A DNA stretch of 64,000 bases from Gammaproteobacteria bacterium (GCA_965277405.1 OZ255726.1:1216001-1280000); one strand, 5' to 3'; shown: positions 22,999 to 33,560, counted from the stretch's first letter. The notes: generated from the sequence alone by a model not told the origin. Program-made: numbers and translations.

Positions 22999-24302
22999 TG
23001 TTGTTTCATAATTAATGAATAATAAAAGCCATCGTGACCATCAATTTTTGGCAATAGCTGCACGCCTGCAGAACATGTTTTACCATACATTGAGTTGGTC
23101 AGTGGTATTTTAATTTCAATGGCATCTCCTTGGTAATTAAGAAATTTGTCAACAATCTTTTGGTTTTCATGCGGAAAGATTGAGCATGTAGAATACAGGA
23201 GTCGACCGTCTGGTTTTAGGCATTGCCAAATGCGTTCTAGCAATAACGTTTGCGTGCGGGTTATTTCTTCAACACGTTGTTCAGACAACAACATGCGGAT
23301 ATCAGGATTGCGGCGAATCACTCCTGACGAAGAACAAGGCACGTCTAGCAAAATTCTATCGTATTGCTGTCCATCCCACCATGAGTGAATATCAGTTGCA
23401 TCAACACATTTATATGTAATGGTATATTCGAGTCGATCAAGGTTTTCTTGCAAACGTTGTAAACGAGATTCACTAATATCAAGTGCAGTAATATCAATCT
23501 GTCCGTCTGTCATTTCGAGCATGTGGGTGAGTTTTCCGCCAGGTGCTGCGCAAACATCAAGAACACGCATCCCTTTTTCTGGCGCGAGTATTTGGCTTGC
23601 TAGTTGTGATGCTTCGTCTTGCACACTGGCAAAACCATTAAAAAACTGTGGTATTTTTTCGACAGGAACAGCACGCAATAAGTATACACCATGGTGTGCA
23701 TCAATTGTCGGTAATGCTTCAAAGCGTTGATTACCAAGCATTTTTAAATAATGATCTCGCTTTATTTTATTTTGATTAACACGGAGGCATAATGGTGGTT
23801 TGGCATTGTTGGCTTTGATAATGGTGTGGTATTCTGTTGGATATAATTCGCGAATCGCATCGTATAACCATTGAGGATGCGCATGCTTGAATTCCTCTAT
23901 TTTATTTGCTGTACGGATGATTTTTTCTTTTTCATCAATAAACCTCCGCAGCAATGCGTTGATCATATTTCTTGCCCAAGGTTTATTCAGTCTACGCGAT
24001 GTTTCTACAACTTCATTGACTACCGCATAACTCGGTGAGCGCATGGCGTATAATTGGTATACCCCGACCAATAACATTGCTTGGACGCGAAACTCGTTCT
24101 TCTTTAATGGTTTATCTAATAACAGATTGATAATAAAATACAGACTAATGTGCCAGCGAACAGTGCCGTAACAAATTTCTTTGAGCCGCGGTTTTTGCTG
24201 GACAGGAATTCTTTTTGAAAAATCCTCGAGTAAAATACTCATGGAGCCACGCTCTTGTAATAAGCGCTCAACAACAAGTATTGCAGCTTGATGCACATTC
24301 AT
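22995..24302 (-). CDS. rsmB: 16S rRNA m5C967 methyltransferase
   Basis: NusB-like N-terminus, VQDEASQ, DVCAAPGGK, DVPCS.SGVIRR.PD and YSTCS; start placed at MNVHQ. Confidence 0.94.
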   Translation of the reverse strand: MNVHQAAILVVERLLQERGSMSILLEDFSKRIPVQQKPRLKEICYGTVRWHISLYFIINLLLDKPLKKNEFRVQAMLLVGVYQLYAMRSPSYAVVNEVVETSRRLNKPWARNMINALLRRFIDEKEKIIRTANKIEEFKHAHPQWLYDAIRELYPTEYHTIIKANNAKPPLCLRVNQNKIKRDHYLKMLGNQRFEALPTIDAHHGVYLLRAVPVEKIPQFFNGFASVQDEASQLASQILAPEKGMRVLDVCAAPGGKLTHMLEMTDGQIDITALDISESRLQRLQENLDRLEYTITYKCVDATDIHSWWDGQQYDRILLDVPCSSSGVIRRNPDIRMLLSEQRVEEITRTQTLLLERIWQCLKPDGRLLYSTCSIFPHENQKIVDKFLNYQGDAIEIKIPLTNSMYGKTCSAGVQLLPKIDGHDGFYYSLIMKQQ

Positions 24303-24531
24303 GATTATGTTTTGCTGTAAATGATGTTCATTGATACTGAAATAGTGTGATGCAAATTGACCGCACAAGATAATACACATTATTTGCAAGCTGTGTGAGT
24401 AGAGAAGGTTCGCTACAGTCGATTGTTACTATATTTATAGTGCAACACAAGCGCAACCGCCGTCCAACATAGAGGGTTAACGTTAATTTTTTTTTTGGCC
24501 TTCTATTTATTGTATAAACGAGTGAATCGGC

Positions 24532-25365
24532 TCAAAAATTTTGTGGGTGTTGTCGTCCGCGCCTGGTCTGGTAGATAAAGGCGATGATAAAAATTGTACT
24601 CAGAATAAGGACGATGGTTGGGGCTGGGGCACTGTCGATATAGAAACTTAAATAAATACCGAAGAAACCAGAAATCAGCGTCACGATGACCGACAAGACA
24701 AGCATCCGCTCAAAACGCTTAGTCAACAAAAATGCAATTGCACCAGGGGCAATCAACAGGCTAATAGTAAGGATAATTCCCACTGCTTTCAGGGTGGCAA
24801 CAATCGTCAGCGACAGCAGGGCTAACAATCCATAATGCAATACCCCAACAGACAGCCCCGCAACTTTTGCCTGCGCCGGGTCAAACGCATGCAATAGCAA
24901 ATCACGGCGTTTTAACAAGATAGCAGTAACAACAAACAATGAAATCAATCCAGTGCTAACAATATCTGCCATGCCAACGCCGAGCATGTTGCCAAACAGA
25001 ATATGATTAAGATGCAGTTCTGTCTGGATTTTTGTGTACATTACAATGCCCAGACCAAACATACCAGAAAACACTACTCCCATCACCGTATCGTGTTTTA
25101 CTCGGGTGTTCGCTTTTAAAAACCCTGTGGCATTGGAACAAACCATCCCCGCGGCAAAAGCTCCGATGATTAGCGGAATATTGATGATATAGGCAAGCAC
25201 GATACCAGGGAGTACCGCATGACTAATCGCATCTCCCATCAGCGACCAACCTTTGAGCACAAGGTAGCATGATAACAGCCCAGTGGGCGCTGCAATGATT
25301 GCGGTGATAACAAACGCCTTGTGCATAAAAACAAATTGAAAGGCTAATAGTAATTCTTCAATCAT
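24532..25365 (-). CDS. sitD: Mn/Fe ABC transporter permease (SitD/YfeD)
   Basis: LVLKGWSLMGDAISHAVLPG, ABC-3 permease family. Confidence 0.9.
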   Translation of the reverse strand: MIEELLLAFQFVFMHKAFVITAIIAAPTGLLSCYLVLKGWSLMGDAISHAVLPGIVLAYIINIPLIIGAFAAGMVCSNATGFLKANTRVKHDTVMGVVFSGMFGLGIVMYTKIQTELHLNHILFGNMLGVGMADIVSTGLISLFVVTAILLKRRDLLLHAFDPAQAKVAGLSVGVLHYGLLALLSLTIVATLKAVGIILTISLLIAPGAIAFLLTKRFERMLVLSVIVTLISGFFGIYLSFYIDSAPAPTIVLILSTIFIIAFIYQTRRGRQHPQNF

Positions 25366-26222
25366 GTTATTGGCTCCAATACCTTGGCGGCACGACGGCG
25401 TGCCGCCAGATAGCCGTGTTTAGGAGCAAGGAAAAACGCCATAAGGAATAGCAGCGTTTGCAGACAAATGATGATGCCACCTGTCGCCCCATCGATGAAA
25501 AAACTGATATAAGCACCAATAAAATTGGTGGTAACACCAATTGCTACGCTCAACAACAGCAGTCGTTGGAAACGGTCGGTGAGCAGATACGCCGTGGCAC
25601 CAGGCGTCACCACCATCGCAATCACCAAAAAAGCTCCCACCGTTTGCAAGGCCGCAACGCAGGATGCAGACAGCAGCATAAAGAATATAACTTTGAGCCT
25701 ATCAGGGTTCAAGCCGATAGAACGGGCATGATTTTCATCAAAAAATGCCACCAGTAAATCTTTCCACTTCACCAACAAAACCGCCAGCGAAACAAATCCT
25801 ATGATTGCCAATTGCAGCGTGTCATACGCAGTAATAGCCAAAATATTTCCCATGGTAATGGTTTGGATATTGACCGACGACGGCGAGATCGAAACCATGA
25901 ACAGTCCCAAACCGAAGAACGAAGTAAATATTAGCCCGATGATAGCGTCTTCCTTAAGCCCTGAACGCTGGTTGAGAAAAAGCATCGCAGCTGCCGCCAA
26001 CCCGCCCGCCACAAACGCCCCAAGCGCGAAGGGTAGACCAAGCATGTAGGCACCAGCAACCCCAGGGACGATTGAGTGGCTCAGCGCATCGCCAATCAAC
26101 GACCAACCCTTGAGCATCAAATATGCAGAGAGAAAAGCACAAACCCCGCCAACCAGCGCGCTTACCCACATCGCATTGGTCATGTAGGTATAGTTAAACG
26201 GCAACAGCAGCGTGTCGATCAT
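25362..26222 (-). CDS. sitC: Mn/Fe ABC transporter permease (SitC/YfeC)
   Basis: [20 protein letters not shown]. Confidence 0.9.
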   Translation of the reverse strand: MIDTLLLPFNYTYMTNAMWVSALVGGVCAFLSAYLMLKGWSLIGDALSHSIVPGVAGAYMLGLPFALGAFVAGGLAAAAMLFLNQRSGLKEDAIIGLIFTSFFGLGLFMVSISPSSVNIQTITMGNILAITAYDTLQLAIIGFVSLAVLLVKWKDLLVAFFDENHARSIGLNPDRLKVIFFMLLSASCVAALQTVGAFLVIAMVVTPGATAYLLTDRFQRLLLLSVAIGVTTNFIGAYISFFIDGATGGIIICLQTLLFLMAFFLAPKHGYLAARRRAAKVLEPIT

Positions 26223-27160
26223 TTATCGTCCTCCACCTTGGTGGTTTTCACTGTATCGTCCTCCACCTTGGTGGTTTTTACTTTATCGTCATACACAACC
26301 AATGGGCGTTCATCGTCGGTGATTACCGTCACCTGACGACCATCATCATCGTCGTGTAAATCTTTGCCTCCGAGGACAAAGTGGCGCAACACCCCGCCAA
26401 ATGCTTTTTCGAGATTGCGTTGCGTGAAAGTATCTGCGGTTAATCCATATGCAAGCACAGTACCTTTGACCAATACCGTATGGTCGCAAAATTCAGGTAC
26501 TGACCCAAGGTTGTGGGTTGCCACCAGCATCACCTTGTTTTCGTTGCGCATGTCGCGCAACAATTCGATGATAGCGTCTTCGGTTTTTACATCAATACCG
26601 GTGAATGGTTCGTCGAGGAGGATGACCTGGCTATTTTGTGCCAGCGCCCGGGCTAAGAACACCCGCTTGCGCTGCCCGCCTGAAAGTTCACCAATCTGGC
26701 GGTGACGAAATTCCGTCATCCCAACACGCTCAAGCGCAACATCAACGGCATTGCGGTCGGTTTTACGCGGAATGCGCATAAAATTCATATGCCCATACCG
26801 CCCCATCATTACAACATTTTCCACCAGCACAGGGAAGGACCAATCTACCTCTTCGGCTTGAGGCACATACGCGACCATGTTTTGTTTGAGTGCTTCTTTA
26901 ACCGGTAGACCAAAGATTGAAATCGTTCCATTAGTGGTAGGGACGAAGTCCATTAGCGCCTTGAACAATGTTGATTTTCCCGCTCCATTCACCCCCACCA
27001 GTGCAGTGATGCTGGCAGTCATAATTTCAAAACTTGCAGCATGCAATGCTGTGCAACCGTTTTTATAGGTGACGGTTACGTTTTCTGCACGAATCCCGAC
27101 GGTGGCGGTGGCGGTGGCGGTGGTGGTGGTGGTGGTGGTGGTGGTGGTGGCTGGTAGCAT
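26219..27160 (-). CDS. sitB: Mn/Fe ABC transporter ATPase (SitB/YfeB)
   Basis: [22 protein letters not shown] and the TDDERP tail. Confidence 0.92.
   Translation of the reverse strand: MLPATTTTTTTTTTATATATVGIRAENVTVTYKNGCTALHAASFEIMTASITALVGVNGAGKSTLFKALMDFVPTTNGTISIFGLPVKEALKQNMVAYVPQAEEVDWSFPVLVENVVMMGRYGHMNFMRIPRKTDRNAVDVALERVGMTEFRHRQIGELSGGQRKRVFLARALAQNSQVILLDEPFTGIDVKTEDAIIELLRDMRNENKVMLVATHNLGSVPEFCDHTVLVKGTVLAYGLTADTFTQRNLEKAFGGVLRHFVLGGKDLHDDDDGRQVTVITDDERPLVVYDDKVKTTKVEDDTVKTTKVEDDK
26224..26290. repeat. 30-bp in-frame tandem duplication at the sitB C-terminus
   Basis: TATCGTCCTCCACCTTGGTGGTTTT repeated; encodes [23 protein letters not shown]. Confidence 0.9.
27101..27150. repeat. 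(ACC)10 + (GCCACC)3 microsatellite encoding poly-Thr at the sitB N-terminus
   Basis: Pure GGT run on the + strand; peptide MLPA-T10-ATATAT. Confidence 0.95.
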
Positions 27161-27171
27161 GAATTCTTTAT

Positions 27172-28071
27172 TTAGTTGGGGGAGGTTAGACCCGCAACAA
27201 TAGTTGCTGAGGTAACGCGCAATAGTTCTAGATAGCTAGGCACTTTACCGTCCGCATCGGTGAGGGAATCAACATACAGCACCCCAGCAAATGTAGCACC
27301 TGTTTCGCGTGCCACCTGTTTTGCAGGGGCACTCCTCACGGTGCTTTCGCAAAAAACGGCGCGTATTTTATGTTGCCGCACCTTGTCAATTACCTTGCGA
27401 ACCTGCTGTGGAGTGCCAGTCTGCTCGGCGTTGATCGGCCATAGATATAGCTCTTGCATTGCAAAATCGCGGATTAAATAGCTGAACGCACCTTCGCAGC
27501 TTACCAGCCAGCGTTGTTCATACGGCACGGCCAAAATTGCGTCGCGTAACGGCGCGATCGCAGCACTAAGTTCGAGTTTGTAACGTGCTGCATTGGTTGT
27601 ATAGGCTGCTGCATTATCCGGGTCGTATTTGGAAAAAGCATTGCGAATATTGTCTACATAAATAAAAGCATTTTCCAATGACATCCACGCATGAGGATTT
27701 GGTTTGCCGTTGTATGCCCCCTCAGTAATTCCAATCGGCACAACGCCATCGCTAAGGGTGACGCTAGGTACAGCAGAAAGGTTGTTGAAAAATTGCTTGA
27801 ACCACAGTTCGAGGTTTAACCCATTCCACAAAATCAAATCCGCACCCTGTGCCCGCAAGATATCGTGCGGAGTGGGTGCATAGCCGTGAATTTCAGCACC
27901 AGGCCTGGTGATAGATTCCACAATCACCGTATTACCGCCGACAGTGGCAGCCATATCGGCAATAACTGTGAAGGTGGTGATGACTTTAAGTTTGTCTTTA
28001 GCCAACGCTGTATTGATAACAGCCACAGTCAATAAGATGGTAGCAATTAAGAATTTGGTAAATTTTATCAT
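27172..28071 (-). CDS. sitA: Mn/Fe ABC transporter substrate-binding protein (SitA/YfeA)
   Basis: [24 protein letters not shown] and LYVDSL; signal peptide. Confidence 0.93.
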   Translation of the reverse strand: MIKFTKFLIATILLTVAVINTALAKDKLKVITTFTVIADMAATVGGNTVIVESITRPGAEIHGYAPTPHDILRAQGADLILWNGLNLELWFKQFFNNLSAVPSVTLSDGVVPIGITEGAYNGKPNPHAWMSLENAFIYVDNIRNAFSKYDPDNAAAYTTNAARYKLELSAAIAPLRDAILAVPYEQRWLVSCEGAFSYLIRDFAMQELYLWPINAEQTGTPQQVRKVIDKVRQHKIRAVFCESTVRSAPAKQVARETGATFAGVLYVDSLTDADGKVPSYLELLRVTSATIVAGLTSPN

Positions 28072-28190
28072 GAGGATTTCTATTTTTAGAATTTACGAGG
28101 ATTGTATGAGAATGATTCTCAACTTTTATCATGAGGATTTCTATTTTTAGAATTTACGAGGATTGTATGAGAATGATTCTCAACTGTCAA
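28063..28190 (-). promoter_or_regulatory. sit promoter (TTGACA-17-TACAAT) with two Fur-type boxes inside a 61-bp tandem duplication
   Basis: -35 at 28190-28185 and -10 at 28167-28162; perfect 7-1-7 palindrome TGAGAAT-G-ATTCTCA at 28168-28182 and 28107-28121; repeat units 28063-28123 and 28124-28184. Confidence 0.88.
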
Positions 28191-28219
28191 CGCGGTTAAT
28201 CAGGAAACGCCAACATGAA

Positions 28220-29161
28220 TTACTCAAATTGTCTGATAGCTGTGTAGGTATTCTTATACAGTTGGATAAATTGTGTTGCTGTCATAATTCTTTTTCCTGC
28301 AATTTGGATACGTAATAATTCGACAGCATCTTTACCACAATCAACAATGATGGCATCATTTTCAATATGAATATAACCAGGAGCGGCTGGTTGGTTGTTA
28401 GGAAAAAACTGCGCAGCAGCAATCTTAACGCGAATGCCAGATAGTGTGGTCCACGCAGCAGGTTGTGGTGAAAACGCTTGAATGCTGCGCATTACAATTA
28501 TGGCGGGTGCATCCCAACTGATTTTTCTATCTGCAGCGGTAATCTTGTAAGCGTAGCTCACCCCATGAGTGCTTTGTATAACTGGGTCCAGTCGATTTGG
28601 CAGAGCAGCTAACAGTTGACAAAACTGATCAGCTGCAATCGATACACAATCGTTGTATATTTGAGCAGCAGTTGTTTGTGGGGTAATTTGCAGTGTGGTA
28701 GTTGCATGCACAGGTCCAGTATCGAGCCCTTCTTCCATCTGCATTAAGCTCATCCCCGTCTCATTGTCACCTGCCAAGATGGCGCGCTCTATTGGTGCTG
28801 CACCACGCCAACGCGGTAGTATTGAGGCATGTGCATTGACACAGCCATAGCGAGGAGCATTGAGAAAATTGCGTGGTAGAATTTGTCCATACGCTATTAC
28901 AAAAACAATGTCTGCTTGCAATGTGCTGAGATGATGAATGGAGTCCTTATCTATCCGCTTAGGTTGATATACGGCAAGGTGATTATCCTTGGCACGTTGT
29001 TTTACAGCGCTAGGTTGCATGATTCGCCCACGCCCAGACCTGCTATCTGGTTGGGTATATACAGCAATAATGTGCAAACCACGTTCGAGTAATACTGTCA
29101 GAACATTGGCAGCAAACACTGAGGTACCCATGAAAATAATCTTCAATTTTTTCTTATCCAC
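28220..29161 (-). CDS. fmt: Methionyl-tRNA formyltransferase
   Basis: IFMGT, VYTQPD, HASILPRWRGAAPI and GLDTG. Confidence 0.96.
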   Translation of the reverse strand: MDKKKLKIIFMGTSVFAANVLTVLLERGLHIIAVYTQPDSRSGRGRIMQPSAVKQRAKDNHLAVYQPKRIDKDSIHHLSTLQADIVFVIAYGQILPRNFLNAPRYGCVNAHASILPRWRGAAPIERAILAGDNETGMSLMQMEEGLDTGPVHATTTLQITPQTTAAQIYNDCVSIAADQFCQLLAALPNRLDPVIQSTHGVSYAYKITAADRKISWDAPAIIVMRSIQAFSPQPAAWTTLSGIRVKIAAAQFFPNNQPAAPGYIHIENDAIIVDCGKDAVELLRIQIAGKRIMTATQFIQLYKNTYTAIRQFE

Positions 29162-29164
29162 GGA

Positions 29165-29677
29165 CTATTTTGCGACCGCCTCCCGCTGAGCCTTCAGCAT
29201 TTTAGACTTAACCCGACTGCGTTTTAATGGTGAAATGTAGTCAATAAATAATGTGCCGTCAAGGTGGTCACATTCGTGTTGAATACACACAGCAAGCAGT
29301 CCTGCAGCGTGCTCTTTATAATGATTTCCTGTTATATCCTGCCAAGAAACAGCAACATTTTTTGGACGCTCGATTTCTTCAAAATATCCTGGCACAGATA
29401 AACAACCTTCGGTATACGCCGCAGGTTCTTGTGTAAGTACTTGTATAACTGGATTGATAAAAACACGAGGTTCTGCTTCTTCTTCGCCAATATCCATGAC
29501 GACAACCCGTAATGCCACATCAACTTGTGGTGCTGCTAAACCAATTCCATTGGCGGTATACATCGTTGCAAACATATCAGTCACGAGTGTTACTAACTTA
29601 GCGTCAAACACTGCAACAGGCTGCGCAATGCGTTTTAAGTGCGGATGAGGATATTCAAGAATGGTCAGGATGCTCAT
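29165..29677 (-). CDS. def: Peptide deformylase
   Basis: GIGLAAPQ, EGCLS and QHECDHLDG. Confidence 0.98.
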   Translation of the reverse strand: MSILTILEYPHPHLKRIAQPVAVFDAKLVTLVTDMFATMYTANGIGLAAPQVDVALRVVVMDIGEEEAEPRVFINPVIQVLTQEPAAYTEGCLSVPGYFEEIERPKNVAVSWQDITGNHYKEHAAGLLAVCIQHECDHLDGTLFIDYISPLKRSRVKSKMLKAQREAVAK

Positions 29678-29792
29678 TTTGGTATTGCATTTTTAGATGA
29701 GGATGTATTGTAGCAACTATACAAATAAAAAGTTGTATTGAAAATATCCAAGCACGGCATCAGTTAATAATATATGGAGAACAGCAGCATAT

Positions 29793-30218
29793 ATGTGTAC
29801 CAGTAAAGCAGCAGTGCTTGGTTTTGATTATGGTAAACGCAGAACTGGTGTTGCTGTAGCCGATTGGCAGGGGCATTCGATTACACCACTGGCAATTATT
29901 AACCCGCGCGATCAACAAGCTCTACGCTATGTTTTGTCAGAATGGCTGCCAGATATCATAGTGATGGGCCTCCCGGTAACGATGAGAGGCAACCATTGCG
30001 ATAATGTAGATCGCACCCGACATTTTGTTACTGTAATACAAGGAATTCTGCAAGTACGTGTGGCTTGGGCTGACGAACGACTTACGACCAAAGAGCAACG
30101 CTACGACGCGCAAGTATATGGCGATGAGCAACCAAAACATGTCGATAGCCTCGTTGCTTGTGCACTGTTGCGCCAATGGTTTGGCGATGAAAAAAAACGT
30201 AGCGCTTCTTTACTTTAA
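29793..30218 (+). CDS. yqgF: YqgF/RuvX pre-16S rRNA nuclease
   Basis: LGFDYGKRRTGVA, VMGLP, DERLTT and VDS. Confidence 0.9.
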   Translation: MCTSKAAVLGFDYGKRRTGVAVADWQGHSITPLAIINPRDQQALRYVLSEWLPDIIVMGLPVTMRGNHCDNVDRTRHFVTVIQGILQVRVAWADERLTTKEQRYDAQVYGDEQPKHVDSLVACALLRQWFGDEKKRSASLL

Positions 30219-30998
30219 ATCAGCGTTTTGATTGATAGCAACAGGCTGTTGCGCTAAATAATTGGGAAAATCTTTTTCTAATCTTAATTGTGTTTTATCA
30301 GCAAGGTCGAGCAAGCCAAGTTGTCGATACCCCGCTGCCATGAGGGCAAGAGCTTGTGGTACAACAGGTGTGCTTGGGTAGCGTTCTATTATGTGTTGAC
30401 CACGGTTGATTGCCGCCAATAGTATATTATTTTGCAAATAATGCTTCCCAATCTCAAGCTCAGCTAAAGCTTGCTGATTGCGGATATATATCATCCGTTG
30501 GCGAGAGTCTGTTGCGTATTTACTATATGGATATAGGTTAGTCAACTTTGATAATGCACGAAAGGCCTGTGTTAAATACCCTTGATCTCGTGTATATGCA
30601 GGAACTTTGAGATATTTAACAGCAAATTGCGATTGGCTGTCCATCCAACTCAGCGCCCGAGTATACAGCACATAATCGATTTGATCAGAATCAGCAAAGC
30701 TGCGCTCAAAACGGTAGCCGATGGCACGGGTTTTCGTCAACTTGTTAAGTTGCAGCGATACCGCAAGTGCTTCCAGCATTCCTTGTTCGCTATATTGGCT
30801 AAACGGGAAATGTGTCAATAAACCATCAAGCTGAATTTCGGCAGTCAAATAATTTTCGTTGTCGATTGCTGCAATGCCGCGATCAAACCAGTGTTTTGCT
30901 GTTATCTCATCAGGTGATGTTGCACAGCCTGAGACTATGACAAGCAAGACATACAGGCAGGCGAGTAATTTAATGTGTGGATAATTGATGTACTGCAT
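30210..30998 (-). CDS. bamD: Outer membrane protein assembly lipoprotein
   Basis: Lipobox VSGC; TPR-type motifs FPFSQY, YPYSKYA.D, AAINR and YPSTP. Confidence 0.9.
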   Translation of the reverse strand: MQYINYPHIKLLACLYVLLVIVSGCATSPDEITAKHWFDRGIAAIDNENYLTAEIQLDGLLTHFPFSQYSEQGMLEALAVSLQLNKLTKTRAIGYRFERSFADSDQIDYVLYTRALSWMDSQSQFAVKYLKVPAYTRDQGYLTQAFRALSKLTNLYPYSKYATDSRQRMIYIRNQQALAELEIGKHYLQNNILLAAINRGQHIIERYPSTPVVPQALALMAAGYRQLGLLDLADKTQLRLEKDFPNYLAQQPVAINQNADLK

Positions 30999-32016
30999 CG
31001 ACGAATGTCCGTACGTGTTCAGGGTTAATATCTGGAGTCACTCCGTGACCAAGATTGGCAATATAGCGCGTATGACCAAAATGTGCGATCATCTTAGCAA
31101 CCATTTGTATTATAACATCAGGTTGGCAACGCAGTGCGGCTGGGTCTAAGTTTCCTTGTAAAGTGATAGTATGTTGCGTAGCTTCTCTTGCAACCTGTGG
31201 GTCTACTGTCCAATCGAGACCAATTCCAGCTGGCTGAATAGCCGCAATATGTGATAACCAGCTACCAGCATTTTTTGTAAATACAACTACTGGAGTATCA
31301 GGGTGGGATGCTTTAAGTGCAACAACAATTTGCTGCATTGGTTGCAAAGAGAATTGTAAATACGCCTCAAAAGATAATATGCCACCCCATGTATCAAAAA
31401 TTTGCACGGCATCACATCCAGCCTGGATTTTTGCCCGAAGGTAGTCAATAACAGCGGCGGTGTTTTTCTCAATCAACGCGCTGAGCAGCTCTGGTGCGCT
31501 ATATGCCATATGTTTGGCGTGGTCAAAATTACCAGCTTTTCCCTCAATCATATAGCAGGCAAGTGTCCAAGGACTACCAGCAAAACCAATCAGCGGTACA
31601 GTATTAGACAATGCAGATTTTGTGGCTGCTACAGCATCGGTAACATAGCGTAAATCAGTAGCAATATTAACCTTCGGTAATTGTTCGATATCTGCTTCTG
31701 TGCGAATAGATTTGGCAAACCGCGGCCCTTCACCTGCTACAAATGTTAAACCAAGACCCATGGCATCTGGAATGGTGAGAATATCAGAAAACACAATCGC
31801 CGCGTCTAGATCAAATCGAGCCAGTGGTTGTAAAGCCACTTCACAAGCTAAGGCAGGATTTTGACACATAGCCATAAAGTTGCCAGCTTTGTTGCGGAGC
31901 TTGCGGTATTCAGGTAAGTAGCGACCAGCTTGGCGCATCAACCAAACAGGAATGCGTTCAGTAGGCCTACCGCGTAACGCGTCAATATAGCTTGGGTTAA
32001 TAAAAGTTTTCGTCAT
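30970..32016 (-). CDS. hemE: Uroporphyrinogen decarboxylase
   Basis: PVWLMRQAGRYLPEY, FSDIL, QGNLDP and NLGHG; start at ATG 32016, since the longer ORF begins inside the MITE. Confidence 0.97.
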   Translation of the reverse strand: MTKTFINPSYIDALRGRPTERIPVWLMRQAGRYLPEYRKLRNKAGNFMAMCQNPALACEVALQPLARFDLDAAIVFSDILTIPDAMGLGLTFVAGEGPRFAKSIRTEADIEQLPKVNIATDLRYVTDAVAATKSALSNTVPLIGFAGSPWTLACYMIEGKAGNFDHAKHMAYSAPELLSALIEKNTAAVIDYLRAKIQAGCDAVQIFDTWGGILSFEAYLQFSLQPMQQIVVALKASHPDTPVVVFTKNAGSWLSHIAAIQPAGIGLDWTVDPQVAREATQHTITLQGNLDPAALRCQPDVIIQMVAKMIAHFGHTRYIANLGHGVTPDINPEHVRTFVDAVHQLSTH

Positions 32017-32040
32017 ATGCGTTTGAGTGGGTACAGTTAG

Positions 32041-32324
32041 GGAAGCTCTGATTAAGTCCATGATGGGCGAGACGGAGAAAAAACGCTGATGATAACTAGA
32101 CGCAGTGCGCAGATAATACTGGTGGTATTATTAAGTGCTGCAACGACGTTAGCGCAGCGTTTTTTCCCGTCCTTCTGTTGAATATACAACGGTTTGATGG
32201 TAGCGGTACTTGCTGTGTTGCATCCCTTGGCGTATATGCTACAGCATGCGCCTGCGGAATGCGCCTTGCAATCATCAGCAATTGCCATCAAACTCGCTCC
32301 ATCAGCGACTTAATCAGAGGTTCC
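32041..32324. mobile_element. 284-bp non-autonomous MITE with IS5-family ends
   Basis: GGAAGCTCTGATTAAGTC ... GACTTAATCAGAGGTTCC, matching the ends of the adjacent IS; flanked by TTAG / CTAA; no transposase. Confidence 0.85.
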
Positions 32325-32328
32325 CTAA

Positions 32329-33556
32329 GGAATCTCTGATTAAGTCCCAAACAACAGCAATATCAGCTACAAAGATATACAATGGTGAATCTATTTGAAT
32401 ATTTGAATAAGCGGATAATCTTATGAAACAAACAACTTTTGCCAGTGCTGCATACGACCACAAGAAAGTAACAACAAAACGTGAAAAATTCTTGCAGTTA
32501 ATGGACAAATTAGCTCCATGGCAACAGTTGTTAGAGTTAATAGAACCGCATTATCCCAAGAAAGGGAATGGCCGCCCACCGATTAATATGCAGACCATGT
32601 TACGCATTTATTTTTTACAGCAATGGTACAACTTATCAGACCCAGGGGTAGAAGAAGCACTATATGACATGGAAAGCATGCGGCGTTTTGCCCATATAGA
32701 GCTGATAGACGATGCCATCCCTGATGAAACCACCATCTTGAACTTCCGCAGGATCATAGAAAAACATCAACTCAGCGTCAAGATACTTGCTGTCGTGAAT
32801 GAGTATTGTATGGAAAATAATATAATAATCTCACAAGGGACAATGGTTGATGCCACGACCATCAATGCGCCATCATCTACGAAGAATAAAGAGAAAAAAC
32901 GGGATCCTGAAATGCATCAAACCCGCAAAGGCAATCAGTGGTATTTTGGCATGAAGATTCATATAGGAACTGACGCTAATAGTAATATGATTCATAGCGC
33001 GACAGTTACAGCCGCGAATGAAGCTGACATCAATGAACTCCCCAAATTGCTGCGTGAAACAGATAAGGTTATCTTTGCCGATGCAGGATATACGAGCGAC
33101 AGTTATAAACGCGGCTCGCGTCACCTTGGGATAGATTGGCGCGTGAATGATAAACGTAAACCAAAGCAGCAAATGAGCACCTCGCAGCGCAAACGCAATA
33201 GACAGAACTCTAAGGTGCGCGCCCGGATTGAGCACTGTTTTCGGGTAATCAAATGTCAGTTTGGTTATAAGAAAGCTCGCTACAAAGGACTAGAAAAGAA
33301 TCGAGTACAAGTATTTTCTTTGCTTGCATTGACGAACTTATACATGCTGCGAGGACGACTAACAGGATAGAACCGCCCAAAATTCAAGAAAAACAGTAAA
33401 AAACAATAAAAACAGTAAAAAACAGTAAAAAACAGTAAAACAGCAACACGAAGATCAGCGAAATGATCAAATATTGACCATTGAAAATTATTGCTATTAT
33501 TTTTTTGGAGTATATGCGAGTTATTGGAGTATATGAGCGTCTTAATCAGAGCTTCC
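32329..33556 (+). mobile_element. IS5-family element, copy 1 (intact)
   Basis: IRs GGAATCTCTGATTAAG / CTTAATCAGAGCTTCC; flanked by CTAA / TTAG. Confidence 0.97.
32423..33370 (+). CDS. IS5-family DDE transposase
   Basis: GRPP...MLRIYFLQQWYNLSD, VDAT, WYFGMK.HIG, ADAGY and RARIEH.F..IK. Confidence 0.97.
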   Translation: MKQTTFASAAYDHKKVTTKREKFLQLMDKLAPWQQLLELIEPHYPKKGNGRPPINMQTMLRIYFLQQWYNLSDPGVEEALYDMESMRRFAHIELIDDAIPDETTILNFRRIIEKHQLSVKILAVVNEYCMENNIIISQGTMVDATTINAPSSTKNKEKKRDPEMHQTRKGNQWYFGMKIHIGTDANSNMIHSATVTAANEADINELPKLLRETDKVIFADAGYTSDSYKRGSRHLGIDWRVNDKRKPKQQMSTSQRKRNRQNSKVRARIEHCFRVIKCQFGYKKARYKGLEKNRVQVFSLLALTNLYMLRGRLTG

Positions 33557-33560
33557 TTAG

